A stretch of DNA of 32,694 nucleotides from an uncultured Janthinobacterium sp. (GTDB taxonomy: Bacteria; Vulcanimicrobiota; Vulcanimicrobiia; Vulcanimicrobiales; Vulcanimicrobiaceae). The stretch is taken from positions 1 to 32,694 of the forward strand of contig CAZZXB010000014.1 in the NCBI GenBank assembly GCA_964658025.1, in the 5' to 3' direction. The notes beneath the pieces are model-generated. The model was given only the letters and a program-made list of their open reading frames with translations, did no database searches and was not told the origin of the DNA. Shown in pieces: positions 28,494 to 32,694 of the stretch; position 1 is the first letter of the stretch; the number at the start of each line of letters is the position of its first letter. Both the position numbers and the translations under genes were made by a program.

Positions 28494-30056
28494 ATGTCCG
28501 CTCAGGCCACGTACTTCGGCACGCGCGCGCGACCGCTTCTCCGCTCGCTCGCGACGACCGCCGCTTCCGCGCCGCTCGCGCTCACCTTCGCCGTGCTCGG
28601 CGGGTGCGGGCTCGGATTCTTCGCTTGGTACGCGACCGCGATGCGCGCGACGGGCGGCTACGCGGCCTTCGGCTCGTCGGGCCTCGCGCTCGCCGTCGTC
28701 GCGGGGACCCTCGTCTCGATCGCCGGGTGGTACGCCTATGCGGGCTACTTCGCGTCGCGCGCGGGGATCGACCGCAGGACGGCGCTCGTGTGGGACGCGC
28801 CGTCGTGGCTCGCGTTTTTGGTTCCGATCCTCGGTCTCGTCGCGCCGGCGCGCTTCGGAAGTCCCTCGCTCGGACTCGCCGTCGGCGTCTCGCTCTTCGC
28901 GTTCGCGAAACTGCTCGTCGCGGCGCGCTTCGTCCACACGGTGCGCGACGTGCTGACGACGTTCGTCGTGACGCGCGCGTCGATCATCGTCGTCGCCGAA
29001 CTCGCCTCGATCGTCATCGCGGAGCGTCCGGGCCTCCACGTCTCGGAGTCGACGAATCCGCTTCTCGCCGTGTGGGGCCGCTGGGATGCGGTGCACTACC
29101 TCGACATCGCCGAGCGGGGTTACTACGGCACCGACATGGCGTTCTTTCCGCTCTATCCGACGCTCATTCGCATCGTCGGCGCCACCCTCGGCAGCGATCT
29201 CATCGCGGGTCTCCTGATCTCGAACGTCGCGCTCTTCTTCGGATTGCTCTTCTTCTACAAACTCGTCGAGCATCAGTACAATCGGTCGGTCGCGCATCGC
29301 GCGATCTTCTACGTGTCGATCTTCCCGACGGCGATCTTCTTCTCGGCGGTCTATACGGAATCGCTCTTCTTCGCGCTGACGGTCGCGTCGTTCTACTACA
29401 TCCGCGAACGGAAATGGCTCACCGCGGGGATCGTCGGCTGTTTCGCGTCGCTCACGCGCGTGGAAGGCGTGTTGCTCGTCGTGCCGTTTCTCATCGAGGT
29501 CCTCGCCTCGGGCAACGTCGGAAATCGCTTTCGCGCCTTCGCGACCCTCTCTCGCGCGTCGCGCGTGATCGCGGGCGTCGCGGCGATCGGCCTCGGTCTC
29601 GCGGCATACATGACGTATCTCTGGGTGCTCGTCGGCGACCCGCTCTATTTCTCGCACGTGCAGTCGCATTGGAACAGACGGCTCTCGCCGCCGTGGACGA
29701 GCCTCAAGCACGCCTACGACGTGTTCGCGATCGGCATCCGGCACAACGAACCCTCGATCATCGCGAACCAGGCGATCGAAGTCGTCTTCACGCTGTTGAT
29801 GATCGGGATCCTCATCGCGGGATTCCGGCGTCTCCGACCGTCGTACGCCGCGTACATGGCGCTCTCGATCCTCGTTCCGATGTCGACGTCGAGCCTCATG
29901 AGCATGCCGCGCTTCGCGCTCGTGCTCTTTCCGATGTTCGCGATTCTCGCACTCTGGGGCGGTAAGGCCTGGATCAACAACACGATCGTCGCCTTCTCGC
30001 TCCCGCTCTTGGGATTGTTTACCGTGCTCTTCGCGGATTGGTACTGGGTCGCATGA
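28494..30056 (+). CDS. GT-C membrane glycosyltransferase (PIG-V/mannosyltransferase-like) with extra N-terminal membrane segments
   Basis: WGRWDAVHYLDIAERGY, AFFPLYP, FPTAIFFSAVYTESLF, LTRVEG, SMPRF; highly hydrophobic throughout. Confidence 0.85.
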   Translation: MSAQATYFGTRARPLLRSLATTAASAPLALTFAVLGGCGLGFFAWYATAMRATGGYAAFGSSGLALAVVAGTLVSIAGWYAYAGYFASRAGIDRRTALVWDAPSWLAFLVPILGLVAPARFGSPSLGLAVGVSLFAFAKLLVAARFVHTVRDVLTTFVVTRASIIVVAELASIVIAERPGLHVSESTNPLLAVWGRWDAVHYLDIAERGYYGTDMAFFPLYPTLIRIVGATLGSDLIAGLLISNVALFFGLLFFYKLVEHQYNRSVAHRAIFYVSIFPTAIFFSAVYTESLFFALTVASFYYIRERKWLTAGIVGCFASLTRVEGVLLVVPFLIEVLASGNVGNRFRAFATLSRASRVIAGVAAIGLGLAAYMTYLWVLVGDPLYFSHVQSHWNRRLSPPWTSLKHAYDVFAIGIRHNEPSIIANQAIEVVFTLLMIGILIAGFRRLRPSYAAYMALSILVPMSTSSLMSMPRFALVLFPMFAILALWGGKAWINNTIVAFSLPLLGLFTVLFADWYWVA

Positions 30057-30541
30057 ACGAGACCGAAGTCGTCGAGGTCGAAGAGATCGTCATCGATCCG
30101 GTCACGAAACGGCCGCATCTCGTCCGTCGCCTCGTCGCGCGGCGCGGCGTGCGGCAATTCGTGAAGTTCGCGATCGTCGGCACGTCGGGGATGCTCGTGA
30201 ACCTCATCGTGTTCACGCTCCTGCAGCACGCGACCCCGCTCGCCGAGCAGCCGTCGCGCTTCACGTTCAATTATTCGGTCTCGTTCCTCTCCGGCGGCGT
30301 GAGCAATTACTTTCTCAATCGTGCCTGGACGTTCAAGTCGAGCGCGCCCGGTCACGCGGTCGTGCAGGGCTTGCAATTCATCGGCGTCTCGCTCGTCGCG
30401 CTCGTCGTCGGTCTCGGCGTCTCCGCGCTCGCGAAGCCGACGCTCGGTCCCGGGCACAAGACGTGGCTCGTGGCGACCCTCGCGGGCATCGCCGTGAACT
30501 TCTTCGTCAACAAATACTGGACGTTTCGCGAACCCGCGTGA
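30053..30541 (+). CDS. GtrA family protein (putative lipid-linked sugar flippase)
   Basis: QFVKFAIVGTSGMLVN, NYFLNRAWTF, NFFVNKYWTF. ATGA overlap with the upstream gene. Confidence 0.9.
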   Translation: MNETEVVEVEEIVIDPVTKRPHLVRRLVARRGVRQFVKFAIVGTSGMLVNLIVFTLLQHATPLAEQPSRFTFNYSVSFLSGGVSNYFLNRAWTFKSSAPGHAVVQGLQFIGVSLVALVVGLGVSALAKPTLGPGHKTWLVATLAGIAVNFFVNKYWTFREPA

Positions 30542-32115
30542 CGTCCGCGTCCCGTGCCTGGTACGGCGCGCTCTCCGTCGCGCTCGTCCTCGGTCTCGTC
30601 CTGCGCCTGCACGGCGTCCACGATCCGATCCTCGACCACCCCGGCTGGCGCCAGGGCGACACGGCGGCGATCGCGCGGAATTTCGCGACGCTCGATCTCA
30701 ACCCGTTCCATCCGCAGACCGACTACGACGGACCGCCGCCGAACTACGTCGAGCTCGAATTGCAGATCGTGCCGTTTCTCGCGGCGCTCGGCTATAAGCT
30801 CTTCGGCGTCCACGAGATCTTCGGACGACTGATCTCGATCGCGTTCAGCCTCGGCACCGTCGTCGTCGTGGGATACTTCGCCCGCGCGCTCTTCGCGAGC
30901 GCGATCGCGGGCGGCGCGGCGGCCCTCGCGTTCGCGGTCTACCCGGGCGCGTTCTACTACGGCCGGACCTTCACGCCCGACACGACGATGGCGTTCTTTC
31001 TCGCGGCGGCGCTCTACGCGACGTATCTCTGGCTCGAACGCGACGGCGTGCGCCCGACGCGCCGCTTCGCGATCGCCGCGGCGCTCGCGGCGGCGGCGAT
31101 CCTCGCGAAACCCGTCGCGAGCGTCGAACTCGTGCCGATCGCCGCGATGCTCCTCGCGCGCCGCGATCGCGCCGCCGTGCTGCGTTCGCCCGCGACGTAC
31201 GCCTTCTTCGCGCTCGCGATCGCGCCGTATGCCGCCTACGACGCCTACGTCCGCGCGATCGCCGAATGGCATTGGGCGAGCGGGATCACCGCCCTCCACG
31301 TCGTTCCGGCGCTCCGCAAGGCGTTCGCGTCCGCGCACGGATTCGCGCACCAGCTCGGCCTCTTCCGGAGCGCGCTCGGCATGTTGCCCGGGACGATGCT
31401 CGGGCTCGTCGGAACGCTCCTCTTCGTCGTCGCGATCGTCGTGCCGGTCCGCCGCGACGCGCGTCCGTTACTGTACGGGTGGCTCCTCTCCGCGCTCGCC
31501 TACGCCTACGTCGTCGTCACGGTCGAGCGCGTCGACTACTACCTCTATCCGTTCTTGCCGCTCGCCGCGCTCTGGACGGGCGGACTCGTCGCGACGCTCT
31601 TCGCGCGCGCCCGATCGCCGCTCGCGACGCGCGTCGGACTCGTCGCCGCGGTCGCCGTGCTCGCCGTCGCGGTCGCCTCCGGTAGACGCGCGGTCGCGCC
31701 GTACTACGTCTACAGTAAGACCGTCTATCGGACCGCGAGAGCGCTCGACGCGACGTTGCCGCCGGGCTCGCTCGTCGTCATGGGTCACTACGATCCATCG
31801 GTGCTGTACTACATCGACCGCAAGGGCTGGGAAGAGGATCCGTATCTCTGGACGCCCTTCGACGAACAGAGCGCGATCCGCAAGGGCGCCCGCTCGTTCG
31901 TCGCGATCGAGAACAATCGCCTCAAGCGAAACGTCGAACTCGCGGCGTGGCTCGCACGGTTTCCGGTCACGAATCCCAACGCGACGTGGCCCGTCTACGA
32001 AACCGATCCGGCGAAGATCCTCCCCGGCGCGGAAGCGAAGTGGCGCGCGTTCCGCGACGCCGAAAAGAATCGTCGCCTCGCACCGGTGCGGGGCACCGCG
32101 GTCCCGCCGAGCTAG
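30538..32115 (+). CDS. GT-C glycosyltransferase (ArnT/PMT family 39/83-like)
   Basis: WRQGDTAAIARNF, ELQIVPF, GRLISI, YYGRTFTPD, LAKP, YYLYPFLP, plus a C-terminal soluble domain. GTGA overlap with the upstream gene. Confidence 0.82.
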   Translation: MTSASRAWYGALSVALVLGLVLRLHGVHDPILDHPGWRQGDTAAIARNFATLDLNPFHPQTDYDGPPPNYVELELQIVPFLAALGYKLFGVHEIFGRLISIAFSLGTVVVVGYFARALFASAIAGGAAALAFAVYPGAFYYGRTFTPDTTMAFFLAAALYATYLWLERDGVRPTRRFAIAAALAAAAILAKPVASVELVPIAAMLLARRDRAAVLRSPATYAFFALAIAPYAAYDAYVRAIAEWHWASGITALHVVPALRKAFASAHGFAHQLGLFRSALGMLPGTMLGLVGTLLFVVAIVVPVRRDARPLLYGWLLSALAYAYVVVTVERVDYYLYPFLPLAALWTGGLVATLFARARSPLATRVGLVAAVAVLAVAVASGRRAVAPYYVYSKTVYRTARALDATLPPGSLVVMGHYDPSVLYYIDRKGWEEDPYLWTPFDEQSAIRKGARSFVAIENNRLKRNVELAAWLARFPVTNPNATWPVYETDPAKILPGAEAKWRAFRDAEKNRRLAPVRGTAVPPS

Positions 32116-32222
32116 CGCGCGAGCGCAGGTCTGCGACACCCGAGACCGATAACGCGGAGGCCGAAAGAAGCGTCCGAACGGATGGTACCGAGTCGTCATG
32201 GGTTCGGCTACGCTCTCTGCCG

Positions 32223-32681
32223 ATGTCGAAACGGCTCACCCTCAAACGCGAACTCTGCTTCGTCGAAATCATCGAGGGAGAGACGGATAGCCTGGAGCGC
32301 CAGTGCGGCGAACTCGGATTCGTCGAGCGGCTCCGCGAACTCGACGTCCGGACGCACTCGATCGAAATCAACGGCGCCGGGTGTTTCGTCGTGGTCGATT
32401 CCGACGACATCGCGCGACTGCATATCGCCGCGCGACCGTTCAACCTCGCCGTGCGCCTCCACGAGCGCTGCGGGCTCATCAGCCTGCGCGGCGACACGAG
32501 ACGGCCGGTGCTCCCGGTCTTGCGCGACGTCATCGCGCGGTTCCACGTCGAACGCGTGCGCATCGTCCACGTCTCCGCGATCGGCGCCGAGCTCAGCGTC
32601 CTCGTCGACGACGACGACGTCGCGGCGGCGACGCTCATCATGGAGTCGTTCGCCGTACCCGCTCGCGCGATCGCCGCCTGA
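32223..32681 (+). CDS. Stand-alone tandem ACT-domain protein (aspartokinase regulatory/beta-subunit-like)
   Basis: Two repeated alpha/beta units; the second (CGLISLRG...VIARFHVERVRIVHVSAIGAELSVLVDDDDVAAA) matches the aspartokinase ACT2 pattern. No kinase domain. Confidence 0.6.
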   Translation: MSKRLTLKRELCFVEIIEGETDSLERQCGELGFVERLRELDVRTHSIEINGAGCFVVVDSDDIARLHIAARPFNLAVRLHERCGLISLRGDTRRPVLPVLRDVIARFHVERVRIVHVSAIGAELSVLVDDDDVAAATLIMESFAVPARAIAA

Positions 32682-32694
32682 GCCCGCCTCCGCG

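Overview
High-GC bacterial chromosomal window, very rich in CG/CGCG/TCGA and densely coding, with many GTG starts and overlapping stop/start codons. The sequence style suggests Vulcanimicrobiota/Ca. Eremiobacterota, but this is an unverified impression. Minus-strand block 1-12504: rpmE, prfA, glpP, an attenuator leader, glpF, glpK, glpD, a hypothetical gene, prmC, a GNAT-IMPase/FBPase fusion, then pyrG, a GT2 and a GT4. A GlpP-controlled glycerol module therefore splits the usual prfA-prmC pair. Plus-strand block 13467-21332: metY-like sulfhydrylase, CoA-binding protein, LuxE-like acyl-protein synthetase, pirin, LuxC-like acyl reductase, class III aminotransferase and Gfo/Idh/MocA oxidoreductase. 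No luciferase genes are present, making this a candidate undescribed carboxylate-to-aldehyde-to-amine pathway and the most interesting signal here. Next come a divergent STAS and Crp/Fnr pair, a minus-strand NAD operon (flavoprotein disulfide reductase, split glutaminase plus NadE, an atypical SirC-like protein, cinA), a GT-C/GtrA/ArnT-like glycosylation trio and a stand-alone tandem-ACT protein. No rRNA, tRNA, CRISPR or mobile element was recognised. All calls rest on motif recognition by eye; no database searches were run.
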